Source: an uncultured virus (IMG/VR IMGVR_UViG_3300042308_001603)
Taxonomy: Duplodnaviria > Heunggongvirae > Uroviricota > Caudoviricetes
IMG/VR virus record: IMGVR_UViG_3300042308_001603
Direction: 5' to 3' (one strand)
DNA length: 64,000 bases
This document shows, one piece after another, positions 41,714-51,658 of the stretch (the stretch's first letter is position 1; every line of letters starts with the position of its first letter). The translations under genes were made by a program, and so were the position numbers. Under the pieces are notes generated by a model. The model ran no database searches. It saw only the letters and a list, made by a program, of their open reading frames with translations, and was not told the DNA's origin.

Positions 41714-42190
41714 CTATTCTTCATAAATTGAGGAGTTATTATCGTTTTCAAAACATTCTACTTTAATTACTTTACATCTACCAGCATCTGTTTTTGCTAG
41801 TACTGAGTTGAAATGGTCGAATACTAATTTAGCATTGCTTTCAGCTCCCATTTTATCCATTAAATGAACTTTAGCTAGACCCATTTGACCTAATTGTTCA
41901 AATACATCAGCATATGGATCATCTTTTTGAATTAATGTCGTATGATCCCACATATGATCCATCCATGATTTTAAACCATTACCTTTAGGAGCATCTTTAA
42001 ATCCACCATAATCAACAATCCAATTCATGTCGTCTAATTGTTTATCAATATCTGGTTCGTTAGATGCAAACCATACTTTAAATTTTAAAGCATATCCATG
42101 AAGTAATTGACAGTGTGAATGTTGAGCTTTCCATTGTCTAATTGCTACTGAATAATTTTCAAATAATTTTGTTGAAATGTATCTTGCCAT
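41714..42190 (-). CDS. queD: 6-carboxy-5,6,7,8-tetrahydropterin synthase
   Basis: SHCQLLHGY, WIVDYG, WDHTTL, AE, V...E. Confidence 0.9.
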   Translation of the reverse strand: MARYISTKLFENYSVAIRQWKAQHSHCQLLHGYALKFKVWFASNEPDIDKQLDDMNWIVDYGGFKDAPKGNGLKSWMDHMWDHTTLIQKDDPYADVFEQLGQMGLAKVHLMDKMGAESNAKLVFDHFNSVLAKTDAGRCKVIKVECFENDNNSSIYEE

Positions 42191-42191
42191 T

Positions 42192-42443
42192 TTATCCGTT
42201 AATAAAATTTTTCAATTGGGATTCAGTTAATGCTCCACCAGAATATCTTTTAATTTCTTGTCCGTTTTCTAACATTACTACAGTTGGAATACTTTTTACT
42301 TTATATTGTTCAGTAAGACTAACATCATAATCTGTATCTATTGTAGCTACTTGGATTCCTGATTTTACTATTTGATCTATAGCTGGTTTCATTGATTGGC
42401 ATGCTGCACACCAATTTGCTGAGAAATAAATTAATTGTTTCAT
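42192..42443 (-). CDS. Thioredoxin
   Basis: FSANWCAAC, VKSIPT. Confidence 0.9.
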   Translation of the reverse strand: MKQLIYFSANWCAACQSMKPAIDQIVKSGIQVATIDTDYDVSLTEQYKVKSIPTVVMLENGQEIKRYSGGALTESQLKNFING

Positions 42444-42447
42444 TTGT

Positions 42448-43335
42448 TTATTTATTGTTATGGGTTAATAATATTGCTTTAACATGTATTTTTACTTCAT
42501 CCCATGTTCTGGGAAGTATCTCTCCATTTTTTAAAATTTCAGCATAATTAACAGGATCTTTTTTTCCTAATTTAATAAATGCTTCGATTCTTTCTACTGA
42601 TGATGCTGATTTATAATCTGAATACCAGCTATGTTTTAACCATCCTTGGGGGTCAGGTATTGGGACTAGGATTGGTTTATAAGATGTATTAGTACGTTTA
42701 TATACTTCATTAAAATCTAGATTTAAACATTCACAACATGATTCTCCATCTTTTAAAATATCGAATTTATCTACTTCTAGATAAGGAGTATAAACAGTTA
42801 CTCTTTCCGCACCCCAATTTCCTTGTTTAAATGCTTCAAAATCTACATCTCTAAATTCTTGTCTACAATCAGGATAAATTGCATGATCACCAGCATGAAT
42901 ACCCATTGCAATAGCACATTCAGTATTATTTTTATCTGCAATTGATAAAGCAACTGCTTGAATAATTGAACTAAATATTTTATTACGATTTGGAACAACT
43001 GTTTCTTTCATGTTTTCAGATGCATAATGACCTTCAGGTACTTCTGCTCCTCCTTCTACTAGTGTAGAATTCAATAATTGAGATAAACCATCTAATTTAA
43101 TTATTTGATGAGTAACCGGTGGGAAGGCATTTATTAAATGATTAGGGAAAAAATTATTTTGATTTACATATTCTACTAAGTCAGTAGCACATTGTAATTC
43201 TATTTTGTGTTTTTGTCCATAATCAAATGATAAAGCTGTTACTTCATAACCATTTGCTAATAAATGGAGTAGTAATGTTGATGAGTCTAGTCCTCCACTT
43301 AGACTTAAGACAGCATGTTTTTGTTTGTTTTTCAT
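42448..43335 (-). CDS. queC: 7-cyano-7-deazaguanine synthase
   Basis: SGGLDS, FDYGQKH, VPNRN, YPDCR. Confidence 0.95.
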   Translation of the reverse strand: MKNKQKHAVLSLSGGLDSSTLLLHLLANGYEVTALSFDYGQKHKIELQCATDLVEYVNQNNFFPNHLINAFPPVTHQIIKLDGLSQLLNSTLVEGGAEVPEGHYASENMKETVVPNRNKIFSSIIQAVALSIADKNNTECAIAMGIHAGDHAIYPDCRQEFRDVDFEAFKQGNWGAERVTVYTPYLEVDKFDILKDGESCCECLNLDFNEVYKRTNTSYKPILVPIPDPQGWLKHSWYSDYKSASSVERIEAFIKLGKKDPVNYAEILKNGEILPRTWDEVKIHVKAILLTHNNK

Positions 43336-43339
43336 AATT

Positions 43340-43370
43340 TAAATATATTAAACTTATTTTTAATTTCCAA
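43340..43370 (-). promoter_or_regulatory. Promoter TTGG-N19-TATATTTA for queC, overlapping the 3' end of the HNH gene
   Basis: Consensus match. Confidence 0.6.
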
Positions 43371-43974
43371 TTTTATTTCCTTTTTTTAAATTATCTTCCC
43401 ACCATAAAGGTTGAAGATTTGTATAATGACATGCTTTTTTAACTTCTTCTTCTATAGTTAAATCAAAAGAAGATAAAGGTATTATATGATCTACATGCCA
43501 TCCTTTTAATCCATAATTTTTCCATGACATATCTTTTACAAACTGTTCTTCAATGTAAAACATAAATGTTTCTCTATCACATCCTATGAGTTCAAATGTG
43601 TTTGTAGATAGATTTCTTTTATTAATTATATCCGAAAGTCTACTAGAAAGATTTCCTTTAATTTTAAAAAACATATCTTCTTTTCTTCGATTGTATCTAT
43701 ATTCTCTTTCATATTTTCTCCACCAATCTAAATTTTTAGATATATATTTTTTTCTATATTGTTTAGCTTTATCTGTTTTATCTCTTTTAGCTCTAATATT
43801 TGTTTTAGATTGAAATTTTTTATCATATTCTGTGTCACAATCTTTACATTGGGCTTTTAAACCCATAAAACCTGCTTTTTGTTTAGTAAAATCTTTTAAT
43901 TCTTTTATTTTTGTACATTTAGTACATTGTTTTTGATTTTTTTCAAATAATTTAATTTTTTCTGCTTTATTCAT
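43360..43974 (-). mobile_element. Free-standing HNH homing endonuclease
   Basis: N-terminal CxxC...CxxC; MSWKNYG...WHVDHIIP...HYTNLQPLW..DN..K. Confidence 0.88.
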
Positions 43975-44038
43975 TTTTAATTATAATTTTATGGCGGATA
44001 TAAATATTGTAACCCTCCAGTAAAATCATATCTATTTA

Positions 44039-44284
44039 TTAAAATGGTAATTCGTCGTCTTGTAAAATATTATTATAATCAGTTGTAGATTTGTTAAAAT
44101 ATTTATCTAAAAATTCACGAGTATAAAGTAATACTGTTCCTTTGTATTTAAGAGTCTCTACATTTCTTGCTTCAATTGGTTGATTTTCTTTTTTAGCAAC
44201 AGCATGTACTGCTTTACCTAATTCACCTCCAGCTGCACGACCTAAATAATCGAATAACGATAAAAATTCTTGATTTTTTTCCAT
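44039..44284 (-). CDS. Hypothetical protein
   Basis: Start trimmed to MEKNQ; promoter at 44302..44332. Confidence 0.7.
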   Translation of the reverse strand: MEKNQEFLSLFDYLGRAAGGELGKAVHAVAKKENQPIEARNVETLKYKGTVLLYTREFLDKYFNKSTTDYNNILQDDELPF

Positions 44285-45126
44285 AACTTTATTTTTTGTT
44301 TTAAATATATTAATTGTTTTTTTGGACTCCAAACTTTAAATCCATTTATTAACCTAAATAGTCTTGTATTTCTACTTAATAAATTTAAATTAATATCTTT
44401 TATATCCATATTGAAATTATCATTCATGCATGACTTAGGTTTATCTATTAACCCGTAACCTTCATATTCAATTCCATCTAATGTTGCCATAACTGGGTTT
44501 GATGTATCTATTGATTCAATAAATGGCATATCTTTATACCAACCAAATTCTTGAGGAACAGAACATCCTAATAAATGTATTTTGTCTGTGTTTAATATAA
44601 TTCCTTCTGAGTGTAATTTAGATATTACTTGAATTCGACCTAATGCTTTTCCTAGATTTTTGTTTGGATGAGGACATACTTCATTATAATAAGATGCTCC
44701 ATAACTAAATGCTATTTTTTTATAACCTAAATCTTTATATGTTTGATAGCATTCTAATGCTTCAGCATATGATTTACCTTGTACAACAGCTATAAAAGTA
44801 ACATTTGGAAAACCATGTTGAATTGAAGACCATCTTTTAGCAGATACTATCGATTCAGTTTTGTTTTCCCAAAAATCAGCTACAAAAAATTCTTGTGGTT
44901 GTAGAGCTTGTAACCAGTAAAGTAATCTATCTTCATCATATGGAACTCCTAGTTCATGTAAACTATTGTCCATCATTATATGACGACCAAGTGTTTTAGA
45001 TCTTAAGAAGAAATTTTTGTATTCTTCATGTTTGTCCATTAAGTGGGGCAAACAGTAATCATAATCATTAAATTGTAAACTATCCTCTAATAAACATAAA
45101 GGTACTTCATGCGAAACTTTTATCAT
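44242..45126 (-). CDS. dpdA: TGT-like transglycosylase, probable DNA 7-deazaguanine insertase (DpdA-like)
   Basis: MMDNS, AVVQG, IHLLG, SIDTS mirror TGT/DpdA motifs; heads the que cluster. Confidence 0.65.
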   Translation of the reverse strand: MIKVSHEVPLCLLEDSLQFNDYDYCLPHLMDKHEEYKNFFLRSKTLGRHIMMDNSLHELGVPYDEDRLLYWLQALQPQEFFVADFWENKTESIVSAKRWSSIQHGFPNVTFIAVVQGKSYAEALECYQTYKDLGYKKIAFSYGASYYNEVCPHPNKNLGKALGRIQVISKLHSEGIILNTDKIHLLGCSVPQEFGWYKDMPFIESIDTSNPVMATLDGIEYEGYGLIDKPKSCMNDNFNMDIKDINLNLLSRNTRLFRLINGFKVWSPKKQLIYLKQKIKLWKKIKNFYRYSII

Positions 45127-45144
45127 AAACTTTATTATTTAGTA

Positions 45145-45175
45145 TAAATATATTAAACGTAACCCTTAAATCCAA
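45145..45175 (-). promoter_or_regulatory. Promoter TTGG-N19-TATATTTA upstream of dpdA-like gene
   Basis: Consensus match. Confidence 0.6.
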
Positions 45176-45181
45176 ACTTTT

Positions 45182-46144
45182 TTAGTAAGTTATTATAGTA
45201 TCATCATCTTCTTTTTTTCTCTTGAAAACAGGAGGAACATAATTATACCATGACTTAGTAGGAGTAGGTGGAGCTGGTGGAGGTGTTGGTTGCAGTTCAA
45301 CAACTACAGGTTCAACAGGTTTTTCATCATATATAGCTAGTTGTTCTGGTTTTTTAAGTTGAGTAAAAGCAAAATTAGCAGCGATTACTAAACTTATAGC
45401 TAATGGATCAAATACAAATATAATAATCATCAAAAACCAATTAATAATTTTATCCATCGCTGTTCCTGTTAATTTAGCGATATATTTTAATGGACCTAAC
45501 TCACCTGCTAATTCAGCATTTGATTCTTTAGCTAGCTTTTCTTCTGAAAGGACTAGCAATGTAGAATCTAGAGTAGATATTTTATCATTTAGGATTTTTT
45601 CTCCATTTAAAGCAAATTCAAGTTGTTTTTCATATGATTTTCTATTTGCTGAGGAGGTAGTAGTTAAGATATTTCCATCTTTATCTTTATAGGTTTGATT
45701 GTTGTTTCCTAAAGCTCCTCTTAATTGGGCTATACTTTGTTGGGTTTGTTTTAGTTGTTCTAATGTAAATTCTTTACTTGATTCTTGTGTTTTTATTCTA
45801 TTGTCAACTAAAGCAATTTCTTTATCTACAACTCCACTTTTATTAGCTACATCTTGGTATCCTGAGGAAAGGTATCCATATATGCCTGCAGATGTAATTA
45901 TCATTAAAGTAACTAAAGCAATTATAAGATATGTTTTCAATAATTTATTTAATTCTTTCCAGTATTGGTAAAGTAAAGATGCTACAACTAATTTTGCTAC
46001 TTCAAGAGAAGAAGCCATCCATATAACTGCTGTTTCTACTCCAGCAAATAATTTTGCTAAGCCTGTAACGCTATAATAAGCAGCTGCTGCACTAATTGAT
46101 AATGCAGACAGTGCTATTAGTATTGGTAAAAAGTATTTTTTCAT
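45182..46144 (-). CDS. Membrane protein (3 TM, coiled coil, TM, Pro-rich tail)
   Basis: Hydropathy pattern; ELGPLKY, IIFVFDPLA. Confidence 0.8.
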   Translation of the reverse strand: MKKYFLPILIALSALSISAAAAYYSVTGLAKLFAGVETAVIWMASSLEVAKLVVASLLYQYWKELNKLLKTYLIIALVTLMIITSAGIYGYLSSGYQDVANKSGVVDKEIALVDNRIKTQESSKEFTLEQLKQTQQSIAQLRGALGNNNQTYKDKDGNILTTTSSANRKSYEKQLEFALNGEKILNDKISTLDSTLLVLSEEKLAKESNAELAGELGPLKYIAKLTGTAMDKIINWFLMIIIFVFDPLAISLVIAANFAFTQLKKPEQLAIYDEKPVEPVVVELQPTPPPAPPTPTKSWYNYVPPVFKRKKEDDDTIITY

Positions 46145-46145
46145 T

Positions 46146-46409
46146 TTAAAATTTTTCGTCTAGTCCTGGTGCCACAATTATTCCTTGATCTTTGTTTCCG
46201 GTTGAATCTACTACTTTGTCTTGAGGAGTAATAATAAATGAATTACCATTGATTTTTGTTGCTCCACCTTGTTGAAGTAGTTTTTTAAAGAAATTTATTT
46301 GTTTTTCAGTCCAAGTAGAACTTAAATCTATAATTTCTTGTTTTTCAGCTTCTTTACCATTTAGAGTAATTTTTACTCCTTTTCTTATTGATTGAGGTTT
46401 TAATGCCAT
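46146..46409 (-). CDS. Hypothetical protein
   Basis: ORF track; start trimmed to MALKPQ. Confidence 0.7.
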   Translation of the reverse strand: MALKPQSIRKGVKITLNGKEAEKQEIIDLSSTWTEKQINFFKKLLQQGGATKINGNSFIITPQDKVVDSTGNKDQGIIVAPGLDEKF

Positions 46410-46413
46410 ATTT

Positions 46414-46644
46414 TTATTTTTTATATTCAAATACATTTTTCATTTCCATATCCAACATATCTAACCACCCATTTAAAGATTGGATAATTCGATTTTCTAA
46501 CTCTATATTTGTATTAGAATTTATTAATAATAAAAATTTATCAGTAATATATTCTTTAAATCTATCTTTTAATTCAGGGTTTTCAGTTTGAATGGTTTGT
46601 AAAACATTATCTAATCTTTTTCCTAAGGTTTGTAATTCACTCAT
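46414..46644 (-). CDS. Hypothetical protein
   Basis: ORF track. Confidence 0.65.
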   Translation of the reverse strand: MSELQTLGKRLDNVLQTIQTENPELKDRFKEYITDKFLLLINSNTNIELENRIIQSLNGWLDMLDMEMKNVFEYKK

Positions 46645-46808
46645 TTTTTTCTATTTTTAAATAATTTCATGAATTCATCCATTCCTGTTAATAAATCATT
46701 ATATAATTTTTCTGATTTGTTAGAATTTTCTTGTAGGTTTATACCTGCTAACTTTTGCATTTTTCTCTTTTGTTCAATTTCTTGAACTTCTTGTTCTATT
46801 GATTTCAT
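46641..46808 (-). CDS. 55-aa protein with MQKLAGI motif (MKSIEQEVQEIEQKRKMQKLAGINLQE...), not in ORF track
   Basis: Manual translation; ATGA overlaps at both ends. Confidence 0.65.
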   Translation of the reverse strand: MKSIEQEVQEIEQKRKMQKLAGINLQENSNKSEKLYNDLLTGMDEFMKLFKNRKK

Positions 46809-47506
46809 ATTTTATTACTTTTATTTCTGTTTCCAATTTGATTTATATATCCGAGAGATTCTGCTATTTTTGTTGTTTTAAATAAAGGTTGAGTGTTTTG
46901 ATAGTTAAAGGCTTTAAATATATTTTTTTCTATTGTTAAATTAAATTTAGAAATTGGTTTTATATGATCTATTTCCCATATCTTACCCCAGTTATCCCAA
47001 GTCATTTCAGGATAAAAAAGGGATTCTAAATATGTTTTGTATTGTATAAAATCACACCCCAAATATTCTAAAGATGTACTTATTTTGTTTTTAAGAATTT
47101 TTTTTAATCTATTACAAATATCTGTTGAAATTCTAAGTCTTAATTTATAAGATATATCTTTTTTTACTTTATTATTTCTTCGTGTATAACTTTTTTTCAA
47201 TAATATTTCTTTATTCTTACTATTGTAAAGTTTTTGACTTTTATACCCATTGGATTTTTTATAAATATTTTGATATTTATTATAGTTTTCCTTATTATTT
47301 TTTACATATAATTTTTGTTTTTTAATTATATTTTCTTTATTATTTTCATAATAAATTTTATCATAATTAGTTTTATCTTTATATTTTTTTAAGTAAATAT
47401 TCCTACAATTTTTACATTTAGACTCTACTCCAAATTTTCCCCTTATATCTTTTTGATATTCATTAATATTTTTATTTATATTACATTTTTTACAAATTTT
47501 TTCCAT
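46805..47506 (-). mobile_element. Free-standing HNH homing endonuclease downstream of nrdA
   Basis: CKKC...CKNC; MTWDNWGKIWEIDHIKP...NYQNTQPL. Confidence 0.85.
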
Positions 47507-47555
47507 ATTTAGTATTATTTTAGATCCGATAATAAATATATGGAGAATAAATTTT

Positions 47556-49280
47556 TTACCCCTGACATGAAAGGCATTCTGAAGTTCTTTGTAAGTTATC
47601 ACCACGAAGAATTGATTCAGTACGAAGATAATATAAACACTTAATACCTAATTTATGAGCTTCTTTATGTACTTGAGATATCCATTTTGGAGAATCATCA
47701 GGCGAGAAACATAAATTTAATGATATTGCTTGGTCAACATATTTTTGACGAATAGCATTTTGACGAACGATTTCTAATTGATTAATTTCTTTAAATGTTA
47801 AGAATGTTTCTTTTTCTTCATCAGTTAAAACATAGTCAGGTAAACCTAAAATCGATCCTTGATCTTTTAAAATTTGATCCCAAATACTATCAATGTTGTA
47901 TCCTTTACTTTCTAATAATTCTTCTAATATTTTGTTTCGTTTAATAAAAACACCTTTTGCGGTTTTTAAATTGTAAACATTAGCTGGGATTGGTTCAATT
48001 GATGGAGAAACACCTCCTGAAATATGAGCATTTGATACTGTTGGAGCAGGTGCTAAATGATGTGTATGTCTTAACCCTGTACCTTTACACCATTCTGGTT
48101 CGCCATATAATTCAGCTTGTGCTTTAGATGCTTTTAATGTTTCTTTTTCTATAAAATCAAAAATTAATCTTGTATGAGCATTTGCTTGAATACCTACAAA
48201 TGGGATGCCTTTTGCTTGTAAAAACGTATGCCATCCTAAAACACCTAATCCAATTGCTCTACCTTTAGTAGCTGAACGAACTGTGTTTTCAAAAAATTTA
48301 ATATTTTTAGCTCTGTCAATAAATTCTTGTAATACACCTTCTAAAAACCAAGTTGATAGTTCAGGTAAAGTCATTCCGTTTTCGAATTTATATTCTTTCC
48401 ATTCATCCCAACGAGCTAAATTTAATGAAGATAAACAACAAATAAATGAATGTAATTCGTCTGTATATAAAGCAATTTCAGTACAAATATTAGTCATTGT
48501 AACTTGTAAATTGTTTTTCTTATACGCTTCAGGATTAGCATTGTTAATATTGTCTTCAAACATAATGTATGGTTGACCTGTTTCTAAACGTGTTTTTAGA
48601 ATTTCACCCCATAATTTTTGTGCTTTAGGATCTTTATTCTCTAACTTATCCATCCATTTATCATCAATAACAACACATTGATTTAAATTTAAACATTGAC
48701 GATTAACATCTCCTTTAGGACGACGAATCATTAAAAATTCTTCAATATCTGGGTGATTAATACTTAAATTTACTGATGCTGCTCCTCTACGTACTGAACC
48801 TTGATTAGTAGCTAAGATAGTTGAGTCATAGATTTTAGCCCAAGGTACAACACCTTCTGATATACCATTATCTTTAATATTTTTACCTCTACCTCTAATT
48901 CTTGATAAACCAATTCCTACTCCACCACCTTGAGACGATAATCTCATTAATTCAGAGTTTGCATCAGCAATTCCTTCAATTGAATCACCTACATCAATTC
49001 CAAAACATGAAATAGGCATTCCTCTTTCTGTTCCCATATTTGATAGAACAGGAGATGCAGGACATAACCAATTTTTAACTATTGCGTCATAGAAAAACGG
49101 TTGTAAATCTTTACGTTTTAATCTTCGAGCAGCTGCTTTACTAATTCTTTTATATGCATCAAATACATTTTCGTCTGATAGGAGATATCCTTTAGATACC
49201 ATATCTACTCCAATTTGATCAAACCATAATGGGTAATCTTTTCCTTTAACCCATGTACTTGTGTCTACGTGTATACTCAT
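47556..49280 (-). CDS. nrdA: Ribonucleotide reductase class I alpha subunit
   Basis: PISCF, GGVG, RRGA, TNICTEI, APT.S, YYLR, C-terminal CLSC. Confidence 0.96.
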   Translation of the reverse strand: MSIHVDTSTWVKGKDYPLWFDQIGVDMVSKGYLLSDENVFDAYKRISKAAARRLKRKDLQPFFYDAIVKNWLCPASPVLSNMGTERGMPISCFGIDVGDSIEGIADANSELMRLSSQGGGVGIGLSRIRGRGKNIKDNGISEGVVPWAKIYDSTILATNQGSVRRGAASVNLSINHPDIEEFLMIRRPKGDVNRQCLNLNQCVVIDDKWMDKLENKDPKAQKLWGEILKTRLETGQPYIMFEDNINNANPEAYKKNNLQVTMTNICTEIALYTDELHSFICCLSSLNLARWDEWKEYKFENGMTLPELSTWFLEGVLQEFIDRAKNIKFFENTVRSATKGRAIGLGVLGWHTFLQAKGIPFVGIQANAHTRLIFDFIEKETLKASKAQAELYGEPEWCKGTGLRHTHHLAPAPTVSNAHISGGVSPSIEPIPANVYNLKTAKGVFIKRNKILEELLESKGYNIDSIWDQILKDQGSILGLPDYVLTDEEKETFLTFKEINQLEIVRQNAIRQKYVDQAISLNLCFSPDDSPKWISQVHKEAHKLGIKCLYYLRTESILRGDNLQRTSECLSCQG

Positions 49281-49295
49281 ATTTTTTATTTTTAT

Positions 49296-50246
49296 TTATA
49301 GATCGCTCCAGTCACCTACTGACTTAGCGTAATTTGTAACTCTTCCTGCGAAGAAATCTTGATGTGTTTTACCACTTGTTAAATGACCAAACCATTCCAT
49401 CTGTTTTAATAAATTGGGGTCAAGATCATTATAGATATTTGAATAACCTAATTCAATCATTTTTTCATTTGCTCTTGCTTTAATGAATACTTTTAGTTGT
49501 TCTTTATTTAAACCTTCAATGTCACCCATTTCAAATGCTTTATCAATAAAATCATATTCTAATTTAACTGACAATTCACATGCTTCAGTGATTTGGTTTC
49601 TTAATTTAGGTGTATTTAGTTCAGGACATTCTTTTAATAAAGTTGTAAATAACCAACATCCTGCTTTTGAATGTAATGATTCATCTCTAACACTCCACTC
49701 TACAATTTGTCCTGTTCCTTTCATTAAGTTTCTTAATTGAAAAGACATTAATATAGCAAATGAAGAAAATAAATTCACTCCTTCAGTAAATGCTGAAAAT
49801 ATAGCTAATGAAATTGCTTTTTCTTCTAATGTTTCGCCTGGTACTTCAATTAAACGATCAATTTTATTTTTTGATGTTTCATCTTCCATAAATGCTTGAA
49901 AATCATCCAAACCTAATTCTTCATTTAAACGAGCATATGCTTCAGCATGTATAGATTCAAAATCAGCAAACACACGAGCCATTGCTTGTACTTCAGGTTT
50001 TGGGAACCAAAGTGATACTTTAGTTGACCAATAATCATTTACGTGTACTTCTGTTTGAGCAAATGACTTTAAAATATTACCTATTAAATTCTTTTCAGAT
50101 TCGTTTAATTTAAGTTTCCAATCATTTAAATCAGATGCTAATGGCACTTCATCAGCTAGCCAGTGGCTACGATGTTGATCTTTAAAAAAATCAAATGCTT
50201 GTTGGTATTCAAATGGTTTATAAAATATTCGTGGTTCTGTTATCAT
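49296..50246 (-). CDS. nrdB: Ribonucleotide reductase class I beta subunit
   Basis: ESIHAEAY, EGVNLFSSF, RDESLH, DFFAGRVTNY. Confidence 0.96.
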   Translation of the reverse strand: MITEPRIFYKPFEYQQAFDFFKDQHRSHWLADEVPLASDLNDWKLKLNESEKNLIGNILKSFAQTEVHVNDYWSTKVSLWFPKPEVQAMARVFADFESIHAEAYARLNEELGLDDFQAFMEDETSKNKIDRLIEVPGETLEEKAISLAIFSAFTEGVNLFSSFAILMSFQLRNLMKGTGQIVEWSVRDESLHSKAGCWLFTTLLKECPELNTPKLRNQITEACELSVKLEYDFIDKAFEMGDIEGLNKEQLKVFIKARANEKMIELGYSNIYNDLDPNLLKQMEWFGHLTSGKTHQDFFAGRVTNYAKSVGDWSDL

Positions 50247-50251
50247 AATTA

Positions 50252-51628
50252 TTATTTATTCAATTCAAAAAACTGTTTAGACAAATAGTCTCTATCAAAA
50301 TTATCAAGGTTATTTAGTGGTTTGGATGGATTAGATCTAACGTTGTTTAGATTGTCTTCTTCCTCTTCACCCATTTCACTTAATATATCTATATGTCCAG
50401 TAGATGTATCAACTGCTACATTAAAAGTCATACCGTCTGTGCCATATCTATTTTTCATAATATGAAATCTTCCTGTTCCATTTACTTTATCTTTCTTTTG
50501 TCTTGATAAAGACATTGCAAAATCCGCAATCATCATTTTATCGTAAGATCCAGCGGCTTTATCGCCTTCTATTATATTATCTTTAGCACCTGAACGATTA
50601 ACTTGTGATACACTCCATATTGGTAATTTAAGTTCACGAGCTAATCCCTTGGTGCTAGTATAAATATCATCGATTTCTTCTTTACGTTCACCATTTCTTC
50701 TTTTTGATGATAAAAGATCAACATAGTCAATAATAATTAAATCTGGTTTAAAATCTAAATCAATACATTTTTTAATGTGTGATTCTATTGTATGAATAGA
50801 TGCTTTACCCATCGGGTATTCTTTAATAATTAATTTACCAGGTAATTGAGATGTTGCGGCTTCTACTTTATCTTTATTTAAGGTAATTTTATTTACGGGT
50901 ATATTAGTAAAATATGAATCATATCGCCTTCCTACGTATCCTTCACCTAATTCTAAAGTATAATGAATAACATTATATCCTATTTGTACGGCACATGCTC
51001 CTAATGCTACTAAACTCCATGATTTACCTCCTCCTGGATTACCAAATATAAGACCAAAATCTCCTTCACCCAAACCTCCTTGTAAGTATTCATTAAATTT
51101 TTCCCAAGGTGTTGGAATAGGATTTCTATCTTCTTCTCTATAACGTAATTCAGTATCTTTATTGTATTCATGACCTATATTTTTGTCTTGTCCTGAACGT
51201 AAAGCGCTGTCAACTAATAGTCTAATGGAATCATAGTCTCCTGCTTTTAATAAATCAACCGAACTTAATAATGCTTTTTTTAGTTGTTGGTTTTTACAAA
51301 AATTAGCAAATTCTTGTTTTATATAAGTTAAATCACTTCCATCAGATGACCTATATGCTTCTTTTAATTGTTCTTTAATAGAAAGTTGTAATACTTCATT
51401 TTCAACTTTTTTCATTTCTACTTTAAGAACATCCATTGTTGGAGGACAATTATATTTATTATAATATTTAAGTATTTCTCCTGCAATCCATTTTTGAGCA
51501 ACATTAGGGAAATATTCTTCTGTTAAAATATCATTAACATTTTGTAAAAATGGTTTATCAGTTAGTAGTGCTGATATAACTTTTGTTTGGAATCCAATTC
51601 CATATGATTCTATCGAAGATAATGTCAT
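50252..51628 (-). CDS. Replicative DnaB/gp41-like helicase
   Basis: GNPGGGKS, YTLE, IIDYVDL, SQVNR, KNRYG. Confidence 0.93.
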   Translation of the reverse strand: MTLSSIESYGIGFQTKVISALLTDKPFLQNVNDILTEEYFPNVAQKWIAGEILKYYNKYNCPPTMDVLKVEMKKVENEVLQLSIKEQLKEAYRSSDGSDLTYIKQEFANFCKNQQLKKALLSSVDLLKAGDYDSIRLLVDSALRSGQDKNIGHEYNKDTELRYREEDRNPIPTPWEKFNEYLQGGLGEGDFGLIFGNPGGGKSWSLVALGACAVQIGYNVIHYTLELGEGYVGRRYDSYFTNIPVNKITLNKDKVEAATSQLPGKLIIKEYPMGKASIHTIESHIKKCIDLDFKPDLIIIDYVDLLSSKRRNGERKEEIDDIYTSTKGLARELKLPIWSVSQVNRSGAKDNIIEGDKAAGSYDKMMIADFAMSLSRQKKDKVNGTGRFHIMKNRYGTDGMTFNVAVDTSTGHIDILSEMGEEEEDNLNNVRSNPSKPLNNLDNFDRDYLSKQFFELNK

Positions 51629-51658
51629 TTTAATTTATAACTTTTATTTATTAATATA

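Noticed and set aside
26002..50246. Inteins or group I introns in polB, thyA, nrdA or nrdB
   Set aside because: Frames are continuous, of normal size or with only short insertions, and show no intein splice motifs; the endonucleases are free-standing.
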